From positions 42,864 to 106,863 of the IMG/VR virus record IMGVR_UViG_2675903060_000001: a DNA stretch of 64,000 bases; one strand, given 5' to 3'. Every line of letters starts with the position of its first letter. The stretch's first letter is position 1. The position numbers were made by a program, and so were the translations under genes. Positions 56,345-64,000 of the stretch are shown one piece after another. Under the pieces are notes generated by a model. The model was given only the letters and a program-made list of their open reading frames with translations, had not been told where the DNA came from and did not search any database. The DNA is from a virus. Lineage: Duplodnaviria; Caudoviricetes.

Positions 56345-56580
56345 AGCGCAGTTCCACTAAGCCGCCGCGAGCTCGACGGCCCTCGCTCGCGGAGCTGGAG
56401 GCTCCGTGCGGGAGGTGTGGTTGCCAAAACGGTGGCCACACCCTCGGCCGCAGGGTGACCTCGTGGGCGCAGGGCGAGTGGGCGGCCCTCTTTGACGAGG
56501 TGTTCATGACCGCGTCGGGCGCGTGCGCGAATCCCGGCTGCGGCTGCCCCGGCCGCACGGAAGGAGGCGGCCCTCGATGA
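56341..56580 (+). CDS. Small Cys-rich protein
   Basis: CGRCGC....H...GAC....CGC. Confidence 0.55.
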   Translation: MKRSSTKPPRARRPSLAELEAPCGRCGCQNGGHTLGRRVTSWAQGEWAALFDEVFMTASGACANPGCGCPGRTEGGGPR

Positions 56581-57224
56581 GTCGCCAACTCGCGCTGCGG
56601 ATGTCGCCCGTGGTCGCGTTCTACCAGGTGGACGTGGACGAAGTCGTGGAACTGCTGATCCGGTGGCGGCACCCGCTCCACCTCCCCAGCGACGAGCACC
56701 CCGAGGGCCGACCGTACAAACGCCCGTACGGCTCCCTGGGTTTCGTCATGGAGGACCGCGGCCGGGTGGCCGCTGCCGTGATCCTGGCCAGCACCGTGAA
56801 CACCTCGGTCTGCAAAGACCGAGGGCTGCACCGGTACAACACGGTGGACCTGTCCAGGATCGCGCGCAGCCCGGACCGGCGCGACGAGCAGTGCCTGCGG
56901 GCGGTGCTGCGCATCGCGCGGCTCTACCTGGTGCCGTTGTGGCTCGGCACCTACGCCGGGTGGGACGCCCACTCGGCAGAGAAGTGCGGCGGCCAGCCGC
57001 GCATCGAGGCGGTGTCGTCCACATCGCTGCCCGGCACGCCCGGCAACCTGTACCGGTTCGACGGCTGGGAGAAGCTCCGCACCTCCAAGGGCCCCATGGG
57101 CGGCGGCCGTCAGAAGCCTTCCGCCGCGAACGAAATCGCGGACGGGGCGCGCGGCCTGTGGGTCTACCGCTACCCCGAACCGATCACCACCACCACCACG
57201 AAGGAGATCACCCATGTCGGATAA
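56577..57224 (+). CDS. Mom-like GNAT-fold DNA modification protein
   Basis: LL.RWRHPL...VDLSRIAR...RAVLR...PGNLYRFDGW matches the Mom-family (E/D)LxR and GxxYRxxGW pattern. Confidence 0.6.
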   Translation: MSRQLALRMSPVVAFYQVDVDEVVELLIRWRHPLHLPSDEHPEGRPYKRPYGSLGFVMEDRGRVAAAVILASTVNTSVCKDRGLHRYNTVDLSRIARSPDRRDEQCLRAVLRIARLYLVPLWLGTYAGWDAHSAEKCGGQPRIEAVSSTSLPGTPGNLYRFDGWEKLRTSKGPMGGGRQKPSAANEIADGARGLWVYRYPEPITTTTTKEITHVG

Positions 57225-58221
57225 CAGCGCCATCGAATGGCTCCGAGGCCCGGACGGACGACGCGGCGCCACCTGGAACTTCGTCACCGGCTGCACGAAG
57301 GTGTCGGAGGGGTGCCGCCGCTGCTACATCGAACGGCAGACGCCGATGCGGGTCGCCGGCCGCCGGTTCGACGGCCCGCACATCGGCGCCACCACCGGGG
57401 TCATGCTGCACCCCGAGCGGCTCGACATGCCGCTGAAGAAGCGCGACCCGCTTCGCATCTTCGTCAACAGCATGTCCGATCTCTGGCACGACGACGTGCC
57501 CACCGAGATGGTCGCGCACGCGTTCGCCGTGATGGCGATGACGCCCCAGCACACCTATCTGATCCTCACCAAGCGGCCCGGCCCCATGCGGTCGATGCTC
57601 CGCTCGGATGACTTCTGGAAGGCAGTCGGCGAAGCAGGCAGAGGCATCGCGTTCGCGCGAGTCCGGGGCAAGTACCGGTCGGCGTCCCCGATGCAGCTCA
57701 CCCCGGACTCCAGCGCGGACGGCTACTGGATGCCGGTCCGGCCGCTGCCGAACGTTCAGATCGGGGTGTCCACCGAGGACCAGGCCACCGCCGACCTGCG
57801 CATCCCGACGCTGCTGGCCACCCCGCACATCGCCGTCCGGTGGATCTCGGCGGAACCGCTGCTCGGGCCGGTCGTGCTCCGCGATGAATGGCTCGCCGCC
57901 GACCCCGAGAGCAGCACGCCCGCGCTCGACTGGGTCGTCGCCGGCGGCGAGTCCGGCACCGACGCACGGCTCATGCACCCGGACTGGCCGCGCAGTCTCC
58001 GCGACCAGTGCACCGCAGCGGGGGTGCCCTTCTTCTTCAAGCAATGGGGTGCCTGGACGCCGACCGGCATGGTCGGCATCGGCAACCAGGGGCCGCGCTT
58101 CGCGTACATCGGTGACCCCGTGGATGAGCACGGCCACCGCATCGTCATGGAGAACGTCGGCAAGCACCAGGCGGGCGCCATCCTCGACGGCCAGACGTGG
58201 ACGGAGTACCCCGATGCCTGA
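57214..58221 (+). CDS. DUF5131 / phage Gp37Gp68 family protein
   Basis: SAIEW...TWN.VTGCTKVSEGCRRCY, FVNSMSDL, ILTKRP, ISAEPLLG, WVVAGGESG, FFFKQWG. Confidence 0.93.
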   Translation: MSDNSAIEWLRGPDGRRGATWNFVTGCTKVSEGCRRCYIERQTPMRVAGRRFDGPHIGATTGVMLHPERLDMPLKKRDPLRIFVNSMSDLWHDDVPTEMVAHAFAVMAMTPQHTYLILTKRPGPMRSMLRSDDFWKAVGEAGRGIAFARVRGKYRSASPMQLTPDSSADGYWMPVRPLPNVQIGVSTEDQATADLRIPTLLATPHIAVRWISAEPLLGPVVLRDEWLAADPESSTPALDWVVAGGESGTDARLMHPDWPRSLRDQCTAAGVPFFFKQWGAWTPTGMVGIGNQGPRFAYIGDPVDEHGHRIVMENVGKHQAGAILDGQTWTEYPDA

Positions 58222-58609
58222 CCTGACCCTCTGGGAAGAACTGGAGACGGCGGCTGAGATCATCCTCGCCGCAGCCGCGCAGGCCCACGACGGCCCGTGG
58301 ATCGCCGTCCAAGATGCGGTCTGCTACGAGAGCGGGTCGTGCATAGCCGCCGTCTACGAGGGCGCCAACGACGCCACCTGGATGGCGCTGAACGACCCCG
58401 CGATGGGGCCTCTGTTCGCCGCCGTCCTGAAGGACGCCGCCCAGAGATGGAAGTCCGAGGTGCGGTTCCAGGCGGACGGCTGGTACCACCGGGCGTGCGA
58501 TGGCGTCTCCGGCCCTGGCACCGACGAGGACTGCACGTGTTTCGCCTCCGTGCTGGGCCTCGCGCGGCACATCCGAGCGAAGTGGGCGAAGGTGTCGGGC
58601 CGTGGGTAG
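58214..58609 (+). CDS. Hypothetical protein
   Basis: GGAG RBS; A..GPW...DATWMAL.DP. Confidence 0.6.
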   Translation: MPDLTLWEELETAAEIILAAAAQAHDGPWIAVQDAVCYESGSCIAAVYEGANDATWMALNDPAMGPLFAAVLKDAAQRWKSEVRFQADGWYHRACDGVSGPGTDEDCTCFASVLGLARHIRAKWAKVSGRG

Positions 58610-58901
58610 GCGGGTCAAGGTCAGCGGGGACCTGTTCCACGGCCAGGTCCCCGCCGGAGCCGTCTACATCGGCCGGCCCGCGCCGAGCCTGCCGGGGTCG
58701 CCGTTCGCGAACCCGTACAGCGTCAAGACGTACGGGCTGGAGAACGCGCTCGCCCGCTACCGGAAGCATTTGGCCGAGCATCCGGAGCTGGTGGAGCGGG
58801 CCATCGAGGAGATCGGCGACCGGGACGTGGCGTGCTGGTGCAAGCCGGACGCTCGGTGCCACGGGGACATCCTGCTCGCCGCGATGGCGGCCAGGAGGTG
58901 A
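58602..58901 (+). CDS. DUF4326 family protein
   Basis: GAVYIGRP...SPFANPY...ACWC...CHGDIL. Confidence 0.88.
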   Translation: MGRRVKVSGDLFHGQVPAGAVYIGRPAPSLPGSPFANPYSVKTYGLENALARYRKHLAEHPELVERAIEEIGDRDVACWCKPDARCHGDILLAAMAARR

Positions 58902-58905
58902 CCCG

Positions 58906-59808
58906 GTGGAGTTCTTTCTCGGGACGAGCTCGTCTTCCTGGCTCAGGCGGGAGGACGTGGGCGTGCCGCTCTGCGTCGCCTACCCGCGCCTGGCCGCGAT
59001 CAAGGGTGAGCTGCCGCGCGCCGTGGTGCCGTGGATTCTCGACTCCGGTGGCTTCAACGAGGTCACGCAGCGGGGCGAGTACAGGGCCGCGGCGATCGAC
59101 TACGTGCGGGCGGTGCGCCGGTACGCCGACGAGATCGGCAACCTGCGGTGGGCGGCCTGCCAGGACTGGATGTGCGAGCCGCCTGCGCTCGCCAGGTCGG
59201 GCCGGTCGGTGAACGGCCACCAGCACCTGTCGATCGACAACTACATCACCCTGCGCGGGGAGTGGGGGCCGGGCTCCCCGTTCGTGCCGCCGCTCCAGGG
59301 CAACAGCCGAGACGCCTTCCTCCGCCACGTCGATATGTACGCGCGGCGCGGCATCGACCTGACGAGAGCGCCGCTCGTCAGCGTCGGATCGGTGTGCCGG
59401 ATGCAGAGCACGTCGGAGATCGGGCGCGTGCTCGGCGCGCTGGCCAGCCTGGGCCTCAAGATGCACGGCTTCGGTGTGAAGACGCTCGGGTTGCGCGCGT
59501 TCTGGCCCTTCCTTCTCTCGGCTGACTCGCAGGCGTGGTCGAAGAACGCCCGCGCGAACGCCGACGACATCTACATCGACGTCCCCGAACACACCCACCC
59601 CCGCGGCGGCAAGACCTGTTCGAGCTGCCACGTCTACGCGCTGGCCTGGCGGAAGCGGATGCTGGCCAGCCTCCCGGCCGCGCCCTCGCACACGGTGATG
59701 GAACTGCCCGGCATCTACGGGGAGGGGCGGTCCTCCCTGACCAGGGCGGAGCCGCCGCGCGTGCGCTACAGGCCGGGCATCCCCATCTACTCCAGGAGAT
59801 CATCATGA
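58906..59808 (+). CDS. TGT-fold base-exchange enzyme (DpdA-like)
   Basis: AGGAGG RBS; FFLGT...WILDSGGF, QDWMCEP, P.LQG, VGSVCR, HGFGVK, SADS.AWS. Confidence 0.8.
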   Translation: MEFFLGTSSSSWLRREDVGVPLCVAYPRLAAIKGELPRAVVPWILDSGGFNEVTQRGEYRAAAIDYVRAVRRYADEIGNLRWAACQDWMCEPPALARSGRSVNGHQHLSIDNYITLRGEWGPGSPFVPPLQGNSRDAFLRHVDMYARRGIDLTRAPLVSVGSVCRMQSTSEIGRVLGALASLGLKMHGFGVKTLGLRAFWPFLLSADSQAWSKNARANADDIYIDVPEHTHPRGGKTCSSCHVYALAWRKRMLASLPAAPSHTVMELPGIYGEGRSSLTRAEPPRVRYRPGIPIYSRRSS

Positions 59809-60572
59809 CCCAGCTCAACAGCCCTGCCCCCAGCGCGGGACCGGCTGGCCGCTTACATCTCAAGCTCGTCGTCTACCAGCCCCCCGAGCAGGACGCCGGC
59901 CCGGCCGCGCCGCCGATCGGGGTCCCGTACGAGATACGCGACCATCTCGCCCGCAAGGTGGCCGTGGCGCTGGACGTGCTCGCCCTGGCGGAGGCGGATG
60001 GGGTGGCGGCGGTGTGCGCCGCAGCCGCTGAGGACGCGGCGTACCCGCTGAACCAGCTCATCGACTTGTTCGCTGCCCGCTACCAGACGAGCGCGGGCCG
60101 GGCGCGAAGCCATGCGATGCGCATGGTGCGCGAGCGGATGGGCGTGGTGCAAGACCGATGCTGGGAGAAGGTGTCGGCGCGGGAACGCCGGGAACAGATC
60201 ACGTCTCTCGTCCGTGAGGGCCTGTCGGTGGAGGCCATCGCCCAGCGGCTGAAGGTGACCGTACGCACTGTCCTGCGGCACAAGCATGCGGCCGGGCTGA
60301 CCAGCAGGACGTACCTGTACGACGAGTGGGCGCCGCGTATCCTCGGCCATCTCCGCGTGTTCCCGGAGACCGAGTTCAGTGGCGGCGATCTCGCGCGGCT
60401 GCTGCTGGGGGAGCCCAGCAACCGGTTCGTTCCGACGCTGCGCCGCCTGGAGCGTGAGGGGCAGGTCATCTCGGTCGCGTGCATCCGCGACTCCAGTTCT
60501 CCGACCGTCAGGGTGACGCGGTGGCGGCTCGCCCCGGAGGAGGGAGGTGGCAGTGGCGACGCCGAAGTGTGA
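59805..60572 (+). CDS. Multi-HTH DNA-binding protein
   Basis: EGLSVEAIAQRLKVTVRTVLRH plus C-terminal winged helix. Confidence 0.75.
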   Translation: MTQLNSPAPSAGPAGRLHLKLVVYQPPEQDAGPAAPPIGVPYEIRDHLARKVAVALDVLALAEADGVAAVCAAAAEDAAYPLNQLIDLFAARYQTSAGRARSHAMRMVRERMGVVQDRCWEKVSARERREQITSLVREGLSVEAIAQRLKVTVRTVLRHKHAAGLTSRTYLYDEWAPRILGHLRVFPETEFSGGDLARLLLGEPSNRFVPTLRRLEREGQVISVACIRDSSSPTVRVTRWRLAPEEGGGSGDAEV

Positions 60573-60870
60573 GAGCTGCCGGAAGCGGCCCGTCGCGCCC
60601 AAGGCGAGCGTCTGGTGCAGGGCCTGCGGCGACCGGTGGAAGCGCGCAGGGAAGCCCGAGGATGGCCCGCCGCCACCGAAGAAGGGAGGCCGGCCCCGCG
60701 AGGCAGACACCGAGGAGCGCGTGCAGAAGACTCGGGAGCTGCTGGCCGCGGGCAAGGGCACGATGGAGATCGCCCGCCTGTTCGGCGTGCCTGGGTCCAG
60801 GGTGAGCTATTACAAGCGGCGGCTGGCCGAGCGCGGCGAGTTGCCCAAGGCCGTCACATCTCGACGTTGA
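60553..60870 (+). CDS. Zn-finger + HTH small regulator
   Basis: CESC...CRAC; GTMEIARLFGVPGSRVSYY. Confidence 0.7.
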   Translation: MATPKCESCRKRPVAPKASVWCRACGDRWKRAGKPEDGPPPPKKGGRPREADTEERVQKTRELLAAGKGTMEIARLFGVPGSRVSYYKRRLAERGELPKAVTSRR

Positions 60871-60884
60871 CGGTTCCGTCAACG
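60865..60884. repeat. Dispersed palindrome, copy 9 (CGTTGACGGTTCCGTCAACG)
   Basis: Overlaps a stop codon; symmetric substitutions relative to consensus. Confidence 0.8.
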
Positions 60885-60891
60885 AGCTAAG

Positions 60892-60917
60892 CGGCTCCAG
60901 CCTTGAGGCTGGGGCCG
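60892..60917 (+). terminator. Hairpin after accessory operon
   Basis: CGGCTCCAGCC-TTGA-GGCTGGGGCCG. Confidence 0.55.
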
Positions 60918-61115
60918 CTGCCGTTTCACCATGAGCACCTGTAGAGTGCTGGAGGCTGCCGCGTTCAGCCTTCCCCGCAAGCCGATCCGCCCACGCCGGC
61001 TCGGCGCTCAATCGGGGAGAAGGTCCGTGATCGAGCGCCCCCGAGACCGCCGTTCATGTTCCGGTTGATGGTCTGGGCTGACGTGCGTGGGGCGAAGCCC
61101 TGGAAGGACCACCCG

Positions 61116-61826
61116 ATGCCAGAGAACGGCTACGAGAAGAAGCGCGTCCGCGACTACGCCAAGGCGCACGGCCTCACCTACCAGCAAGCCCACCAGGCTC
61201 TTACTGGCGAGCGTGAGCGCCGCCCTGTCGTCTTCGCCGCCGGGCTGACGCAGGACGGGCGTCCCTGGGTCTCCTCCTGGGACGGCGACCCTCACCACGA
61301 TGTGAACCCCGCGTGCGGTCACCACCTGCGTGCGCTGTGCGGCGGGTGCGGCGTCTGCACCACCTGCGACGGCTGCTACTGCGCCGAGCTGGCGCAGAAT
61401 GCCGCCCTGGACGCTGAGGCCGAGCGGGAGATGCGCGAGCACCTGGAGCACGACGAGCACCGGGCCGACTGCTGGCGTTGCGAGCGTGAGCGCGAGGAGT
61501 CCGCTGACTACACCCGCTGCCCGAAGTGCGGCCTGGCCTACCCGGACGGCATCGGCGACCACCACAGGCACAACCCGCCCTACTGCCGCCCGCTCCCGAC
61601 CTACCGGGTGGGCATCGACTGGGGATACCTGCGCGGCCAGCACGTGACGTTGGTCGGCACGCACTACAACATCACCGGGTACGTGCTGCCCGACCAGGAT
61701 GCACCGGACCCCACGGCCTACCACCCGTACATGCAGCTACGCCGGACCGATCCCGGCTATGAGGGCGAGGTGGCCCCGTTCTGCCCGCGTGACTGGCTGG
61801 AGGTCCATCCGGCTCCGGTTCAGTGA
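61116..61826 (+). CDS. Cys-rich hypothetical protein
   Basis: AAGGA RBS; KKRVRDYAKAHGLTYQQA N-terminus; CGH...CGGCGVCTTCDGCYC. Confidence 0.7.
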   Translation: MPENGYEKKRVRDYAKAHGLTYQQAHQALTGERERRPVVFAAGLTQDGRPWVSSWDGDPHHDVNPACGHHLRALCGGCGVCTTCDGCYCAELAQNAALDAEAEREMREHLEHDEHRADCWRCEREREESADYTRCPKCGLAYPDGIGDHHRHNPPYCRPLPTYRVGIDWGYLRGQHVTLVGTHYNITGYVLPDQDAPDPTAYHPYMQLRRTDPGYEGEVAPFCPRDWLEVHPAPVQ

Positions 61827-61887
61827 CGCGGAGCCTCCTGACGAGCTGAGGGGCGCCCAGGTGATGTGGGCGCCCCTCGAGTGAGTG

Positions 61888-61926
61888 GATCTTGTCTACC
61901 AATCCGCTCGATTGGTAGACAAGATC
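61888..61926. repeat. Perfect 17-bp inverted repeat at the end of the partition operon
   Basis: GATCTTGTCTACCAATC-cgctc-GATTGGTAGACAAGATC; a second GC hairpin at 61848-61878. Confidence 0.8.
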
Positions 61927-62773
61927 ATCCGTTGTCGGGGGCCGGGAGATCCGCCTCCAGCTCCTCCGCCGCCTGCCGCAACCGAGCCGCGAGCTCCCGC
62001 GCCCGATCCGGTGTCTCCACCGCGACCCGGCGCAGTCCCCGCAGGTCACCCAGCGCGCGGAACACCGGCTCGTAGCGCGGCCACACCACCTCCGGCTTCG
62101 GCCCGTCCTGCTTGGCCGCCTCCAGCGCCGGGAGGAACCCGAGGTCACGCGCCGCCGCGTCCAGGCCCGCGCCGGACGTCCGGCCGCGTTCCTCGGCCAG
62201 CTTCCACACCTGCCCGGCCGCCTCCGTGCCGTGCTGATCCACCACGGGGAGGAGCGCGCGGAGCTGCCGCTCGTTCGGCACCTCGTCCGTGACGCCCTCC
62301 AGGGCCTGCATCGCCCGTACCGAGTCGATGAGCTGGTAGGCGCGCGGCCGGGACATGTCCCACCGCTCGTCCACGTACCGCTCGAACGTCGCGAACCCGG
62401 CCGCTTTGTAGAGCTGGTTGTCCCGGATCTCCTTCAGGGCCGGGCCGGCGGTGAGCCGCCAGTACCGTTCGGCCTTCGTCAGGACCTTCTCCACCTTGGC
62501 CCGGGCGCGGGAGATGGTGGAGTCGTAGTGCGCGAACGCCGCCTCCGGGTCGGCGCCGTCGGCCGCGGGCGTGAAGTCCGGCGCGTCGGGGATGTCGGCC
62601 AGCGCGGCGACCGGCGGCACGAGCTGCCCTGTGAGCACCTGTTCGACGCTCTGGTCGGTCATCGGCTCCGCGACCGCGACAGCGGAAGCGACCTGCTCGC
62701 CCGTGATGACCGGCTCCGGCTCGGCGAGAATCCGGGGCCGCTCGGACGGCTTGCCACGCTGGACCTTCGCCAT
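61925..62773 (-). CDS. ParA partner protein (non-canonical, HTH-containing)
   Basis: Immediately downstream of parA; GPALKEIRDNQLYK..GFATFERYV.ERWDMSRPRAYQLI, NERQLRAL; no ParB GxxRxxA motif seen. Confidence 0.7.
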   Translation of the reverse strand: MAKVQRGKPSERPRILAEPEPVITGEQVASAVAVAEPMTDQSVEQVLTGQLVPPVAALADIPDAPDFTPAADGADPEAAFAHYDSTISRARAKVEKVLTKAERYWRLTAGPALKEIRDNQLYKAAGFATFERYVDERWDMSRPRAYQLIDSVRAMQALEGVTDEVPNERQLRALLPVVDQHGTEAAGQVWKLAEERGRTSGAGLDAAARDLGFLPALEAAKQDGPKPEVVWPRYEPVFRALGDLRGLRRVAVETPDRARELAARLRQAAEELEADLPAPDNG

Positions 62774-63640
62774 CTACTTCACCTCGATCTTCAGCTTGCC
62801 CAGGCCGGCCCGCTCGCTCAGGATCGAGGCGAGCGTGTCGTAGTTGTCCGCCATCTCGTTCCCGGCCGACCCGAGAGCCCTGAGCGGGCGCGGCGGGTCG
62901 GAGTCGGCGGCGTCCTTGACCGCCGCTCGCAGGGGCAGCATCGGCAGCATGAGGCCATCTCCGAACAGCTCGGGGATGTTCTCCTTGGTCTGGTAGGCGT
63001 CCGCGCCGAGCCGGGCGTCCACCTTGTTGACGATGTAGCCGATGATGCGGAGGTCGTCCTTGTCGAGCTTCTTCCGGCCGTTGGCGACGAAGTCCCGCAG
63101 AGCGATGGCGCCCTCAATGCCGTCGATCTCGGGGTCCATGACCACCAGGACGTCGTGCGTGGCCTTGAGGACCATCTGCGTGAGGTGACCCAGGTTCGGT
63201 GGGCAGTCCATCAGGACGATGTCGAAGTCGTCGTCGGCACCGTCGAGAGCGACGTCGAGCCGCTTGACCGCGCCGAGGAGGCCCGCTTCGGTGAGCGCCC
63301 GGTTCTCGAGATCGGGCCTGGACGGGATGAGCGTGATGTTGCTGCGGTAAGGCTCTGGCCAGCCGATCTCGGCGAATGCGTCGGCGGCGCACCCGGACAG
63401 GTCGGCGTCGGGCTGTTCGGCGATGGCTCTGAGCACGTCGGAGATGGTGACCTGGTTGGCGGCGAGCAGGGCCGCCAGCCGGCGGCCTGCGTTGCCCTGC
63501 GGGTCCATGTCGATGACCAGTACGCGCATGCCGTGGAAGGCCAGCGCGGCGGCGAGGTTGACGACAGCGCTGGTCTTGCCGGTGCCGCCCTTGTTGTTGG
63601 CGACGGCGATTCTTCGCGCTCGTCGCTGTGGCTGGGTCAC
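62774..63640 (-). CDS. parA: ParA/Soj partition ATPase
   Basis: NNKGGTGKTS deviant Walker A; LVIDMDPQGN; MDCPPNLG; AGGAG RBS before GTG 63640. Confidence 0.95.
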   Translation of the reverse strand: MTQPQRRARRIAVANNKGGTGKTSAVVNLAAALAFHGMRVLVIDMDPQGNAGRRLAALLAANQVTISDVLRAIAEQPDADLSGCAADAFAEIGWPEPYRSNITLIPSRPDLENRALTEAGLLGAVKRLDVALDGADDDFDIVLMDCPPNLGHLTQMVLKATHDVLVVMDPEIDGIEGAIALRDFVANGRKKLDKDDLRIIGYIVNKVDARLGADAYQTKENIPELFGDGLMLPMLPLRAAVKDAADSDPPRPLRALGSAGNEMADNYDTLASILSERAGLGKLKIEVK

Positions 63641-63689
63641 GGTGTCTCCTGTGGTGAGCAAGTCCTGCCGGTGGGCGCTGGGCGACATC

Positions 63690-64000
63690 CTAGGACTGGC
63701 CGCTCTGGTCGAGGTGGTCGAACCACGCGTTCAACGCCTGGGGGATGAACTCCTGGCCGCCCAGCCCCTCCAGGTGGCAGCCGTCGATGAGCCGGGCACG
63801 GGTGTTGGGTTCGAGCCGGGCGGTGATGAGTTTGAGCGCGCTCGGGTCGGCCGCGGGTTCGCTCGGCCGGGGGATGGGGTCGTGCGCGTTGTCGAGCGGC
63901 ATCTGCTCGGGGATGCCGAGCTGGTCGCAGTAGTAGTTGATGGCCTGCTCCCAGACGTCTCGGACGCCCAGGCCGGTGTTTTCGCAGGCGGCGTCCATGC
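63690..64000 (-). CDS. Tandem RHH-like DNA-binding protein, probably 5' truncated
   Basis: Two related units: DAACENTGLGVRDVWEQAINYYCDQL and ITARLEPNTRARLIDGCHLEGLGGQEFIPQALNAWFDHL. Confidence 0.55.
   Translation of the reverse strand, partial: MDAACENTGLGVRDVWEQAINYYCDQLGIPEQMPLDNAHDPIPRPSEPAADPSALKLITARLEPNTRARLIDGCHLEGLGGQEFIPQALNAWFDHLDQSGQS

Larger units (their letters stand above)
1..64000. mobile_element. Actinobacterial phage-plasmid (siphovirus virion/lysis genes + TraB conjugation + Rep + ParA); both ends lie outside the window
   Basis: Contiguous phage, transfer, replication and partition modules; no integrase or host housekeeping gene seen; one palindrome family occurs in the phage, transfer and accessory modules. 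Confidence 0.85.

Noticed and set aside
61888-61926. Protelomerase (telRL) site of a linear phage-plasmid
   Set aside because: It has a 5-nt non-palindromic centre and no protelomerase gene is visible; terminator or protein-binding site is more likely.
1-64000. Many long antisense or off-frame ORFs in the track (e.g. 1759-3789 -, 18105-20003 -, 48167-50173 -)
   Set aside because: Shadow ORFs expected in high-GC DNA: Arg/Pro/Gly-rich, no RBS, and overlapping genes with clear family motifs.
1-64000. tRNA/rRNA genes, integrase, transposase, terminase
   Set aside because: None recognised by eye; the terminase is presumably upstream of the window.

Overview
High-GC actinobacterial mobile element, most likely from a filamentous actinomycete given the SsgA-like, WhiB-like and TraB genes. 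The whole window appears to be one replicon with no host housekeeping genes. Layout: (i) 1-22.5 kb is a siphovirus morphogenesis and lysis operon: fibre-like genes, portal, minor capsid, scaffold, P22-like major capsid, head-tail genes, tail tube, frameshifted tail chaperones, tape measure, Dit, two paralogous hub proteins, CHAP endolysin and holin. The terminase is not in the window. (ii) 22.5-27.5 kb is a leftward accessory/regulatory block with two GntR-UTRA (KorA/TraR-like) regulators and an XRE regulator. (iii) 27.7-39.7 kb is an actinomycete conjugation/spread operon: WhiB-like, muramidase-like, Spd-like, SsgA-like, membrane proteins, FtsK-type TraB, RapZ-C and NUDIX. (iv) 40-42.4 kb is a plasmid replicon (RHH + HTH Rep). 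(v) 42.6-61.8 kb is a cassette-like array of small genes with anti-defence and DNA-modification candidates: LPD29-like, ArdC-N-like, PAPS-reductase-like, C5 methyltransferase, RNAP alpha-CTD-like, Mom-like, DUF5131, DUF4326 and TGT/DpdA-like. (vi) 61.9-64 kb is a ParA partition cassette. No integrase is visible, so it reads as a conjugative phage-plasmid. Non-coding signals read directly from the sequence: nine dispersed copies of a 20-bp palindrome (CGTTGGCG-N4-CGCCAACG), convergent phased GGAACT/AGTTCC arrays, a 34-bp inverted repeat bracketing an HTH-coding segment, repeated hairpin+(CCA)n+RBS gene leaders, and two lower-GC hairpin-rich islands encoding small hydrophobic peptides. All family assignments are from motif recognition by eye; no database search was run.
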